64,000 bases of DNA from Raillietiella orientalis (lineage: Eukaryota), in NCBI GenBank assembly GCA_036172245.1, contig JAYWIR010000006.1, positions 2,232,001-2,296,000 on the forward strand, in the 5' to 3' direction. This document shows, piece by piece, positions 36,701-45,200 of this stretch. Under the pieces are notes generated by a model. It searched no databases, had not been told where the DNA came from, and worked only from the letters and a program-made list of their open reading frames with translations. The number at the start of each line of letters is the position of its first letter. Position 1 is the first letter of the stretch. Made by a program: the position numbers and the translations under genes.

Positions 36701-37879
36701 CCGGTCGCCTCGGTGGACCCTTACTACCATGGTCGTCCCCTTCCCTTCCCCTCCTCATCCTCCTTTCTTCTCACTCCCTAATGCCACTCTCCGCCTTCTC
36801 TCATCCCTGGAGACGGCCGCGTCGTCGACGCCCGTGACTTGCGCTGTTCTCTTCCACCAGAAATCCGCTGCGGCGATCCTGAGACGAGCCACCCCGGGGC
36901 GAAGGTCACTGTCCTCTCACACAAGGTCAACGGAGTCTCCCACTACTCTTGTCCCGCCGGGCAGGAAGTCGTCGGCTCCAGCACAAGGAAGTGCCTGAAC
37001 AACGGCACCTGGAGCGACTTCCCTCCCGCCTGCAAATGTGAGTCCGTGGCGCGCGCGAATCCTCTGCTTTCCGCTCTCCCGGCCCGCCCAGGCACTCCAT
37101 GCCCTTCCTCTTCCCAGGGGTCGAGTGCCCGCACCCGGCGAAGATCCCGAACGGCCGCGTCCTCATGCTCAACGCGTCGCTCACCTACCAGAGCGTCATC
37201 GAGTACCACTGCTTCCCGACCCACGTCAGGAAGGGCCCCTTCCGCCGCGTCTGCCTGGAGGAGGGCAACTGGTCCGAGCACGAGCCCAGATGCGTCGGTG
37301 AGTCATCGCCCCCCGGTCGCTCTCCGACCCGCCGCACGGGGCATCCACCGCCTTCCAGCAGAGGTCGCCAACCTGACCGACGCGCTGCTCGTCCCGGTCT
37401 CCGGCGCGGGAGGAGTGGCCGCCGCCACTGTCGGGGGAACAGAGGGCGGCACCGACCTGGGCCTCGGCGTGGGCATCGGCACGGGGCTGTCCTTCCTCGT
37501 GGTCGCCGTCGCCGTCGCCGGCTGTCTGAAACTGTAAGGTCGGGAGGGGAGCCAGGGAAAGACGGGAAGGGCCACTGAAAGACGGACATCGGGCAGGAGG
37601 AGGAACGGACTGACTGGGGATGCCCGCAAGAAGGGCGGCGGCGGGCGGCCCGGCCCGCAGGACGTTACCAGCCTGAACAAGGAGGCGTTCCCGTCGGCGG
37701 ACGCCGGGTACCTGGACGGCGGGCAGCACATCTACGACTACGTGTCCACCGAGTCGCCCTACCACGAGCCCTACGAGAACGTCATCGACTTGTCCTCGCT
37801 GGACCGCAGCCGGCGGCCCTCGGGGAGTGGTGGTGGCGGAGAAACCGTGACGGTCAACGGCGTCGCGGTCAACAGATGA
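687..37879 (+). CDS. fw: Furrowed-like type I membrane protein (SP-CCP-FTP-CTL-10xCCP-TM-tail), 19 coding exons, ~1143 aa
   Basis: join(687..777,6551..6668,6731..6789,6856..7065,7818..7910,9496..9618,13158..13433,13887..14036,26226..26402,26692..26877,26930..27283,27358..27531,27866..28045,35586..35831,35954..36133,36861..37037,37118..37297,37359..37533,37597..37879). Total 3432 nt, open throughout, all 18 introns GT-AG and phase-compatible. Domain order, the insertion in post-lectin CCP7 and the C-terminal VTVNGVAV motif resemble Furrowed as I recall it. Confidence 0.9.
6551..6668 (+). CDS. fw: Exon 2: N-terminal CCP, first half (GKRCPLPPALANSRIKLSEDPPSPGAVASYSCDEGYHLFG)
   Basis: Acceptor TGCATTCCAG, sushi C..P and YxCxxGY motifs, donor GTGAGC (phase 2). 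Confidence 0.92.
6731..6789 (+). CDS. fw: Exon 3: N-terminal CCP, second half (KQTLECREDGRWTDPPPAC)
   Basis: Acceptor CCTTTTCCAG, CxxDGxW..PxC motif, donor GTGAGT. Confidence 0.92.
6856..7065 (+). CDS. fw: Exon 4: F-type lectin/FTP domain part 1 (ATNVALRKPCNQSS...ANDGN...PWWSVDL...VRITSAGCC)
   Basis: Fucolectin-type NVALxKP.xQSS, AxDGN, PWWxVDL and vicinal CC motifs; CGCAG / GTGAGC. Confidence 0.95.
7818..7910 (+). CDS. fw: Exon 5: FTP part 2 (GSDPLRDLEVRVGNSSVFQNNPLCSWHPGHV)
   Basis: E-V-R-V-G-N and NPLC motifs; CCTTCCAG / GTGAGT. Confidence 0.93.
   Translation, partial: GQILSGTWRYASGTAASSRTIRCAPGIPDM
9496..9618 (+). CDS. fw: Exon 6: FTP part 3 (DEGVTKDLPCARPLVGRFVSLQMVGAESRLSLCEVQVFTTE)
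   Basis: GRFV and LSLCEVxV fucolectin C-terminal motifs; TTTCAG / GTAGGT. Confidence 0.95.
11610..11681. repeat. Short tandem duplication, ~31-34 bp unit, ~2.2 copies
   Basis: GGCGATGCACCCAYCACCTTGCTG(CTG)TTTCCTC repeated; GGCGATG at 11610, 11644 and 11675. Confidence 0.85.
12969..12993. repeat. (TCG)8 microsatellite
   Basis: Direct reading. Confidence 0.9.
13158..13433 (+). CDS. fw: Exon 7: C-type lectin part 1 (EFSTSQC...CYAF...FQEADERCRDLGG...FWIGA...WRWLDG)
   Basis: CTL CYxF, WIG and WxWxDG motifs; CTTTCAG / GTGAGC. Confidence 0.95.
13887..14036 (+). CDS. fw: Exon 8: C-type lectin part 2 (DIVSKPAWGKDQPNNYNGEQNCVVLDGARGWLWNDVGCHLDYLFFVCQY)
   Basis: QPN and WND motifs plus CTL cysteines; TTTTTCAG / GTAAGG. 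Confidence 0.96.
26226..26402 (+). CDS. fw: Exon 9: post-lectin CCP1 (PKTCGSPDLNVNTT...YECPQDH...RTCQTNALWSGSAPSCK)
   Basis: Four Cys plus Trp sushi pattern; GAGCAG / GTAAGT. Confidence 0.93.
26692..26877 (+). CDS. fw: Exon 10: CCP2 (YVNCGPPTSIDDG...YTCRANY...RCQENALWSGGQEQPQCL)
   Basis: Sushi pattern; purine-rich AAG acceptor; donor GTAAGC. Confidence 0.9.
26930..27283 (+). CDS. fw: Exon 11: CCP3 + CCP4 (SWCPKLEAPRNG...PRCDFVDCGPPNELENG...TCRKDGFWSGESPQCH)
   Basis: Two tandem sushi patterns in one frame; CGCGCAG / GTGAGG. Confidence 0.93.
27358..27531 (+). CDS. fw: Exon 12: CCP5 (IACDEPDMLPGSY...IEYHCELGH...TCQKDGTWSGSAPICR)
   Basis: Sushi pattern; CTTACAG / GTATGT. Confidence 0.93.
27574..27830. 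repeat. C/T-rich low-complexity tract filling most of intron 12
   Basis: Near-pure pyrimidine (CTT/CCT) sequence with a short (ATC)n. Confidence 0.85.
27866..28045 (+). CDS. fw: Exon 13: CCP6 (YVDCGRLAPLPKG...YECNTGY...CTEAGTWSGGTPKCE)
   Basis: Sushi pattern; CCTTGCAG / GTGAGA. Confidence 0.93.
28413..28752. repeat. Unidentified dispersed repeat, copy A (intron 13)
   Basis: Colinear similarity with 41743..41966, including exact CCCTCCGGTCGTG (13 nt) and TTCTCTTCAGAGGAG (15 nt). Confidence 0.75.
30186..30311. repeat. Decayed minisatellite with ATCTCCCTTATTTT core, 4 copies
   Basis: Core at 30186, 30224, 30255 and (variant) 30296; spacing 38, 31, 41. Confidence 0.7.
33155..33356. repeat. G/A-rich homopurine low-complexity tract
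   Basis: ~200 nt of GAA/GGA units with few pyrimidines. Confidence 0.85.
35586..35831 (+). CDS. fw: Exon 14: CCP7 with loop insertion (EIRCGEPVHPKNSIISVVGNDRARNILRARSNVTGGAASHNTYRVGSSLAYRCEKGY...PICT)
   Basis: Sushi pattern with a ~22 aa insertion; CCTTCCAG / GTGAGC. Confidence 0.94.
35954..36133 (+). CDS. fw: Exon 15: CCP8 (YVDCGPPKTIPPS...YSCPENH...CLDNFTWSGEPPQCK)
   Basis: Sushi pattern; weak acceptor CCGGAAG and weak donor AAG|GTCACC. Confidence 0.88.
36861..37037 (+). CDS. fw: Exon 16: CCP9 (EIRCGDPETSHPG...YSCPAG...KCLNNGTWSDFPPACK)
   Basis: Sushi pattern; TTCCACCAG / GTGAGT. Confidence 0.93.
37118..37297 (+). CDS. fw: Exon 17: CCP10 (WVECPHPAKIPNG...IEYHCFP...CLEEGNWSEHEPRCV)
   Basis: Sushi pattern; TTCCCAG / GTGAGT. 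Confidence 0.93.
37359..37533 (+). CDS. fw: Exon 18: juxtamembrane stalk + TM helix (LGLGVGIGTGLSFLVVAVAVAGCL-KL)
   Basis: Hydrophobic ~24 aa segment; tandem CAGCAG acceptor (start 37359 or 37362); donor CT|GTAAGG. Confidence 0.88.
37597..37879 (+). CDS. fw: Exon 19: cytoplasmic tail (RRNGLTGDARKK...IYDYV...PYHEPYENV...TVTVNGVAVNR*)
   Basis: The acceptor at 37596 gives a basic stop-transfer (KLRR) and the GC3-rich Tyr-motif frame ending TGA 37877-37879. The exact acceptor is less certain because it lacks a polypyrimidine tract. Confidence 0.8.
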
Positions 37880-38630
37880 CTCTCCTGCGGCGGTGGGGCT
37901 GCGTCCCCGGTCGCGTGCCCGTCCACACCGCGGCGAGGAGCCCCTCCCCCGGATCCACCCGCCTCCCAACCCTTCCCGGAACCCGAAAGGTCCCGACGGA
38001 CGCTGCCGAGATCGCCGTCGTGTCTCCTCTCGCAGGAGCGCATGCCCAAGCACTCCTCCGGGCAGGTGAAGGACCTGGGAGAGCAGCACCGAGTGGATTG
38101 CCCCCTGACCGACCTATCGGAGACAACACCGCTCGGAAGCAGGGCGAGAAAAGGCCCTCCCTCAATAGAGCGGGGAATGGCCCCTCGCGACCCAGAGGCC
38201 TCCACGCGGAGAGGCCCACCCTCGCGCGAGCGTCGCCTTGGATACCGGTTTTTTCGCCCGAAAATGCAAAGTTCCTGCGTTTTCCTGATTCACTCCTCGA
38301 GCTTTTCATTGGGTCCTCAGCAGAGTCGGAAGCGGCGCTCTTCCCCGGACATGGGGGGGACCGCTCCAGCCCGGTGGCGTCCTCTCAGCTCCGCCATTGG
38401 AGGGAGGGTGCGTCTCACCTCTGGCGAGAGCCTTGAAGGAACCGTCGGTCCGCGTGCCAGGGACTTCGAAAGCCCCTTGGGAGGGGGGGAGGTAGAGTGG
38501 AGGAGAAGGAGGGTCACTGGACGACCGCCACCATCCGGAAGCAGGAGCTGTTGAGCTCGAAGAAAAAAACAGCCGACTCGGGCAGGTCAGCGGAGAGGAT
38601 AGCTGCCCCACACAGAGGCCAAACTACTGG

Positions 38631-38770
38631 GATGGGGGGGGGGAGAAAAAAGGGATGAGAGGAGAAGGACGAGGAGGGGAAGAAAGAAAGTGGAGGAAAA
38701 GGAATGGAAGAGGGAGAGAAAGGGAGAAGGGGGAGGGGAAGAAGGGGAGGAAGGGGGAAGGAGGAAGAAA
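38631..38770. repeat. G/A-rich homopurine low-complexity tract
   Basis: Direct reading. Confidence 0.8.
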
Positions 38771-41742
38771 TCGGGAGCAAGAGCAAGGAGATGAGGATGA
38801 CGTTCAGGGCGATGGTGGGCATGGTGACCACAACGAGAAGGGGAGGGAGCGGCGGTGAAGGGGCGTCTTCCTGCCGGAGAATCCGCTTTCTTGCTTCGTT
38901 CTCCCATCCCTTTTGGAAAGCAGCGGGAACGCACCCGCTTTCCGCAGCTCTCCAGAGCAGCAGCACTTTCTCCGAACGACCTCTGCTGTCGAGACCCAGA
39001 CGAAGAGTCTGAACCTGGAAGACTCGCGATGGTGGGAGCTGCTGATCCTTTGCCCCCCCCCCCTTCCCCTCTCGCGCGCCAGGGGTGAAGCCGGGATGCG
39101 GCCGCCGCTTCTCTTCGGCTGCCACCGATGAAGAGGCGAAGGAAGGGCATCGCTCCCGCCCGAGGTTGCGATCGGCGGAAAGGGCAGCGAAGTCATTCGC
39201 CTTCCTTCCTTCTTCCCATTCAGGATTCCCACCTCCGCCGCCCCAGGCGGGCTGGCTCCGTCCCACGAGCGCTGTCCACCTGAACGGGCGTTCCTAGAGG
39301 CCGCCACGGCGGTTCGTTTCCCTCCTTCTCACGACGTTTGCGTGGCGCTGCGCTCCACGGGAAGCTCAGCGACGGCGACCAGAAAGGGGAACGGAAGGAA
39401 GGACTTGTTTGTGGGTACGGGCTGGGGAGGGTGCGAGCGGGAGAAGCGAACGCGGAAAACTGACGTCGCAACCGGCGGTCTCCATTTTGACGCAAGAAAG
39501 CACGCCTGTCGTTGCGTCTGCGGCGACGGCGGCGGCGTGTGCCGCGCCCGCCTAACGGGGGCACGTTGCTCGGAAGGGGTCAAACCGATCTGCGAGCAGG
39601 CGGGCCCTTTTGCCCGGAGCCGGATGTATCGCGCCGTCCCTGTAAAGCTGCCCAGCGAGGAGGCCTTTCTGCCCTACCAACGGCCCCGATCGCCCCTTGG
39701 TGCGTTCGTTGGATTCCCCCCAGATCTGGTCCTGCAACTCTCCTTGCGCTTTGCTCCTCTTTCCTGGAGCCGCGGGCGGAGGAGGGGGAGTCGAGGCGGG
39801 CAGTCCACGTCGTTACACATCCGACCACGAGTCGGGTTTGCTGCGCACCCGCACGCGTCGCGACTTCGGGAGGAGAGGGGGACGGCAAGGACGTGTCTGC
39901 AAGTCAGAGGTGGCGACGACGTTCGTCTTTTTTTGTCGCAAAGGGGTCGCAATTTGGCGTGCACTTCGTAAGTACCCACAAAATTCGTACTTAACCGGAG
40001 CGTGCAGCTTGCACACTTTCCCTCCCTTACGTCATCCTCATTAACCAATAACAGTGCAGGCTTTCAAGTTCGCCTCGGCATAATTATTTTTGGGACTTCC
40101 CTTCTCGAAGGTTCTCCAAGGTTCTGGCGCGCGTTTTGCTTGCTCCAGCAATTACAACCTGAAGGAAATTTAGAAGAGGCACAAATTTAGGATGACAACG
40201 CTGCATTAGGGTGTAATGCGGCTCGTGCGTGCCCTTCCAAGCCGACGCAGCATAACATAAGATGCCAGCCCTCAAAGAACAGAATGCTCCCAACATATTC
40301 GTTGTTATGATTCCCTTTTGGGTCACTCTTGCATTCAAATATATATTCGTGTCAGTGTTTAGGAAAATGCACGCACGTGTGTTTTACGTGCATGCATCAT
40401 GTCTTCTTAGCTGGGGAATGGTTTCTTATCTCGGGACAGCTTCCACTGAACAAGATGTATCGCTGCCTGTGGTGATTGCGCGTGCCGTTTTAAAACCCAT
40501 CCACACACTTACAGGTGTACAATGTACTCGAAATTCTCAAATGAGGAAAATGGAATCGTCCTAAAGAAAGGATGGGTCACCACCCCACTTCCTGCAACCT
40601 ATTCGTTATTTTCGTCACTCGCCTCAATCCGGCACGGCGGACGCTCTCCCTCCTCATTACCGGACTACGTGCCCTCCGTCTCACGTTGCCGTGGCGACGG
40701 ATCCGCCGCTGCTCGAGGGCGGGCGCGCGCGCAGGCTCCGCTGTGTGGCAGCGCGAACCGGGCAGAAAAGATGAGCTCTTCCACCCGAGTTGGTCTGGCG
40801 TCGAGTTCGCTGCGCAGAAAGATGAACCACGGCCAGACGGCCCGAGGTTCGCAGCGACCCGCAAGTAAGGACCCCGGAAGACCCCTCCTAACAGAATTCT
40901 TCAGGCACGCTTCCCTCGGGAGAGGGAACCCAGCAAAGGAAAGCTCGAGGAAGGCGAGGAGACTGGGGAAGGGGGAGGGGACAAGAACAGCCGAGCCGGG
41001 GCAGGTCAGCGGGGACGATGGCCACCGTCCCATGCGCAGGTCAAGGTACTAAGATGGAGGGGAAGAGATCCGTATGCTACTTCTTGCATGCCTCCTGGAA
41101 TTCTCGATAGCTGCATCCGGAGGAATGGCAAGCTGCTCCTTGACGACAGAAAAGCTTGCTGAGATGGGGAAGAGGGAGGGAGGGGGAACCCTGCTTTCGC
41201 TTCTGCGCGCGCCGTTCTTGGATTCCGTCGCCAACCCACGGCACGTCCGACCACGTCGGCGCCTCTCCGTGGCGACCTTCGCCGAAAGGACGGAGCCTCC
41301 TGGATCCGGAAAAGCTGCTCCGCCTGCTGGTGTGCGGAAACCGCATCCGGCGTCTCACAGGGCCGGCGGACCGCACCCCTCTTTGGAGAACCTCTTTGGA
41401 GAACTCCTTCTCCTCTCCGCAGAGCAGTAGCAGATCCCGGATGGCTGTGCCGTGTCCGCGAGACTCGCAGCTGAGCCACGGATCTCAGCAGCCCAGGAGG
41501 CGTCCACGCGAGCTCTGACCGACCGCCCGGCGTTTCGCGATCCCGGATCCCGGACGGTGGCTGCCCGCCCGGGGAAGGTTGGGCGCCAAGAAATCGGGGG
41601 TGCATTGTGGGTTGCGAGTCCCTCCCCTCCCCTCGTAGGATGACGCTGGTAGCCCTGCGGGCGCTTCGGGTACGGCACCGGTGGAATCCGGAAACCTTCC
41701 GACGTCCCGCTGACTCCGGGGGCATTGGGAAGTTGGAAGCTG

Positions 41743-41966
41743 GACCTCCGAGGTTTTTCCAGGAACGAATTTTCCCTCCGGTCGTGTAAATGCACCCTCC
41801 ATTTCGCACCATGGAGCCGGTTGATACCCCCTTCGGGAGTCGTCTCCCCAGAGTGTCAGAAGCGCTCTGCTCCCTTTGGAGATATTGGGAAGCGTCCCTT
41901 TGGGATTCTCTTCAGAGGAGGAAACAAGGTGCGGATTCCTTGCCAGGGGATCCTTCAGGAGAAGAA
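41743..41966. repeat. Unidentified dispersed repeat, copy B (same orientation as copy A)
   Basis: Aligns by eye to 28413..28752 in three colinear blocks; about 115 nt shorter internally. Confidence 0.75.
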
Positions 41967-42217
41967 GGAAGCGCAAGCTCAGCCACGGGGTGCCCGATCC
42001 GTGTGTGCCCGCTGCTGTCGCAGACAGGGGCAGCGAACGAAAAGCTGCTGGGCAGCTCAGCCCCGGATCGAGAAGGGAGGGAAAAAAGGTTTCCATGAGA
42101 CGAAACGTGGTCTGGACTTCGAAGACGCCCGTCGACGAGGCGGTGCGACGTGCTCGGTCAAATCGATCGGGAGATGCGGCCGCCTCACCCTCTCCCTCAT
42201 TCAAAAAGGACGCTGTA

Positions 42218-42223
42218 AATAAA
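42218..42223 (+). terminator. Candidate polyadenylation signal (first AATAAA I found after the fw stop; another at 42896)
   Basis: Hexamer only, 4.3 kb past the stop; no transcript evidence. Confidence 0.2.
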
Positions 42224-45200
42224 AAGGAATCCCCATTTCCAGGGCCTGAGAGCTGCCCTCCCTTACCCGGGACGCGGACGATGACACCCCCCGCCTACCG
42301 GCTGCTGCCCGGCTGGTTCGAATGCCCGCGTTTTTGCCACGAGCTTCGCGGTTTCGGACAGCCGTTTGCAACCCCTCCGGGCATGCTCCGCGCGCGGACA
42401 CCAATCAAAGAGCGCGCGCGCACGCACACACTGGCGGTGCCCCCCCCCCCCCCCCCAAACATGTTGACGGAAATTTTTCGGCGGGGGAGGCAGGCAGAAG
42501 CCACCACGGCCTCTTGAGATGGAAATTTCCGTGTGACGGCTGGAAAGAAGTAAACAAAACCATTAGCGTCGCGAAGAGCGCGACGATTGAGGATGACGAG
42601 ACGCGACAAAACGAGAGCGCGCGGATCAAGACAAAAAAGCAACGGCACATGCTGGCGAAGTTTTTGACCCGTGACCTGACAGATGTCCTTTTTGGGCATC
42701 GCACACGTATCAGTTGGGGAATAGAATCTGCCTTCTTATTTCGTCCCTTTTTTTTTTTTTTTTTTTGAAAAAACACGGTGCACGCCAATTTTTGAATTCG
42801 CATGTGCGTTTTTGAACTTGAGAAATTTTGCACGACGGGATTTTTTCGGCTCATAATAACTAAACAAAGTAATCTTTGATACTGGGTCGGAAGATAATAA
42901 ATATAAACACGCGTGTAATGGAAAATCCTAAGCAAAAGCTTTCGATAAAAGCTCGATAACAAGATGGTAAATGACGCACAGTTTCTTTCGCCTGCACGAC
43001 GACAAGCATCTCCGTTGTTCAGCGGCACCTCCTCAAGTTCGACGACGGATCCCCTCCCCCTCCCCCCCTCCCACAAGGAGAGCACCCAATGCGACGACGA
43101 CGTTTCCTCCTTCCTCTTCTTGCTCTTAAGGAAACCGTTGGAATCCGGAGCAGGAAATGACGAGATTGGCGGGAGGAGCCCGGTTCCGCAGGGCGCCAGA
43201 CTTCAGCAGGCGGAAGCTGGCGGTGTGCTCCTTCTGGACCACTGATTGTTACCATCCCTGGAAGATCCCGCGAGCAGCACGCGTGTCCAGCAGCGGATGC
43301 CACTTACGATCGCATGCTTCCAGGCGGGAGCACTTTTTTCGGCACAGAAGTTCGGGATCGATCAAACAAACAAATTTCCAAAACAGAAAGACTCCAAAAA
43401 TTGTGGCCATCGCCATGGACTTTGTTTCTCTTCTTTCTTTCTAAGGAAAAGAGGGGTGGGGGGAGAGGGGAAGGAAGGAAGAGAACCGCAACGCAAGCAG
43501 AAGAGTTGTTTCTGCACCGCTGCGTACTCCGACTGAAGATTATTACTACCATACCATTTTTCCTGGCAGCGCACTCTGTAGAAAAACTCATCGGAAGTGC
43601 TTCCCTCTGTTTTCTGGCGCTGGAACTAACGGCACGGGGAGCTCTCTCTCTCTCTCTCTCTTTCTTCGTCCTGAGACAAGAGGCGACTCCCCTTCCTCCC
43701 CTCGTGATGAGCACCCAAAGAAACCTTCTTCCGCCTGCTTGCCTTCTCCGCGAGGACCCGCCTGGGGGCAAGACTTCCCCTTTTTCTTTCTTTCTTTTCC
43801 TTGCCTCATTCCCGCGGAAAGCAGGTGGATGGAAACCAGCGCATTCTTTGCTTCGGAGACAAGCGGTGAGCGTTCTCGACGGTCCTCCCGGACCGCATCC
43901 TGCCGTCGCAGCCGTCGGACCGCACCAGGAGATGCGGGTCTGCGACACGCCACCCGGGCCGCAGACGGGGTGAATCCCGGGCTCGAACGCCTGCTGACTC
44001 TGATCCCGCGCGACGTCCCGCGACTACGCCGGCCCTTCCTTTATGGAAGACGAGGGGAAGGCGGAGGGGAACCCCACAGTCCGCTCGGCCAGCCCTTCAT
44101 CCTCCCCCACTTTGTTTCCCTCTGGTCCGCTGGCACTCTTGGGCGCTGCTGATGCTGGCTGGCCTCTTTCTCACGCGCGCGCGCGCGCGAACAAGGGGGA
44201 ATGAAGGGCGGAGAGGGGCAATCCGGAGAGTCGATCGGTCCCCATTCAATGTCCCACAGCTGATGGGGAGGCTCGAGGAACGGAGGAGTAAGAAGGGAGG
44301 GGTAGACTCGGCCCCGCCGGCGCGCCTTCTCGCCCGCTCCAATCGCTTCCCCTCCCCCTTCCCGCCGGAGAAGGAAAGGGGGGCGGCGGCAGCGACAAGG
44401 AAGATGACTTTTTCCCCTCCCCCCCTCCCCACACAAGCGAACAGCCGCCTTACGTGACTCCGGCCCTCCACCCTCCCTACGTGACAGTCGCCCTGCGCAC
44501 CCCCGTGGGTCGCGCGCGCTAAGAAGCGGTAGTTCCCTCACCCTCCGCGGACGGCGCTGCACTCCTCTACCTCCCCCCCTCCCCTCTTTCGGAATTCCCT
44601 TCTTCCTCTCTTTTCCTGTTGATGTGGTTGCCGTCTCTGCCTGCGAGGGTGCCCCTCGCAACAAAGAAAGTGGCCCAAGAAGTGTCGTCTCCCAGGACAG
44701 CAGCGACCCCGGAGAAGAGGAGCCGCAGAGCCACCGACGCTCGGCCTCGGAAAAAATGGGGAGGGGGGGTGAGGAGGGAAGTGAGGCGGTGGCAAACGGC
44801 AGGAGGCAGACGTCTCCTCGTTGGCCGGCGGCGGATCTAGGAGTGGACTAAGGGATGAGGTGCCTGTGCCTGTGACTCTGAGAGCGCCTGGTGGCCGCCA
44901 GCTTCGCGCACGTGCGTAAAGGGGCGAAGGAGGGCAGGAGGCTCAACGGGTCCGGGCAGACGCGCTCGCATCCCTGGCAGGGGGCGTCGCCCCGCAGCAG
45001 CTCTCCCGGAAATTTCTTCCTCCTGCTGCCCTGGGGGCGCTATCTGGCCTGCTGCAAGGGGGCCGCAAAAACCCGCAGGCGCAACAGTCCACTCCCCCCC
45101 CCCCTTCAAAAAAAAAAAGGTGCTCTCCTTGGCTGACCTCCCGGGGTGTCTCATGAGGGTGGGCGCCAGGTGGCGCACGCGCATTTCCGCGCGCCCTCAG

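Noticed and set aside
687..37879. Calling the gene SVEP1, a selectin or a complement receptor
   Set aside because: No vWA, EGF, pentraxin or HYR domains were found; the CCP-FTP-CTL-10xCCP-TM order fits Furrowed better
38755..38825. Minus-strand signal-peptide-like MPTIALNVILISLLLLP with CACCATG context
   Set aside because: Runs straight into a low-complexity CT tract without a donor site; likely a by-product of pyrimidine-rich sequence
39951..42791. Inverted GTGCACGCCAA match at two AT-rich islands as possible TIRs of a 2.8-kb element
   Set aside because: The match does not extend beyond 11-13 nt; no TSD and no transposase remnant
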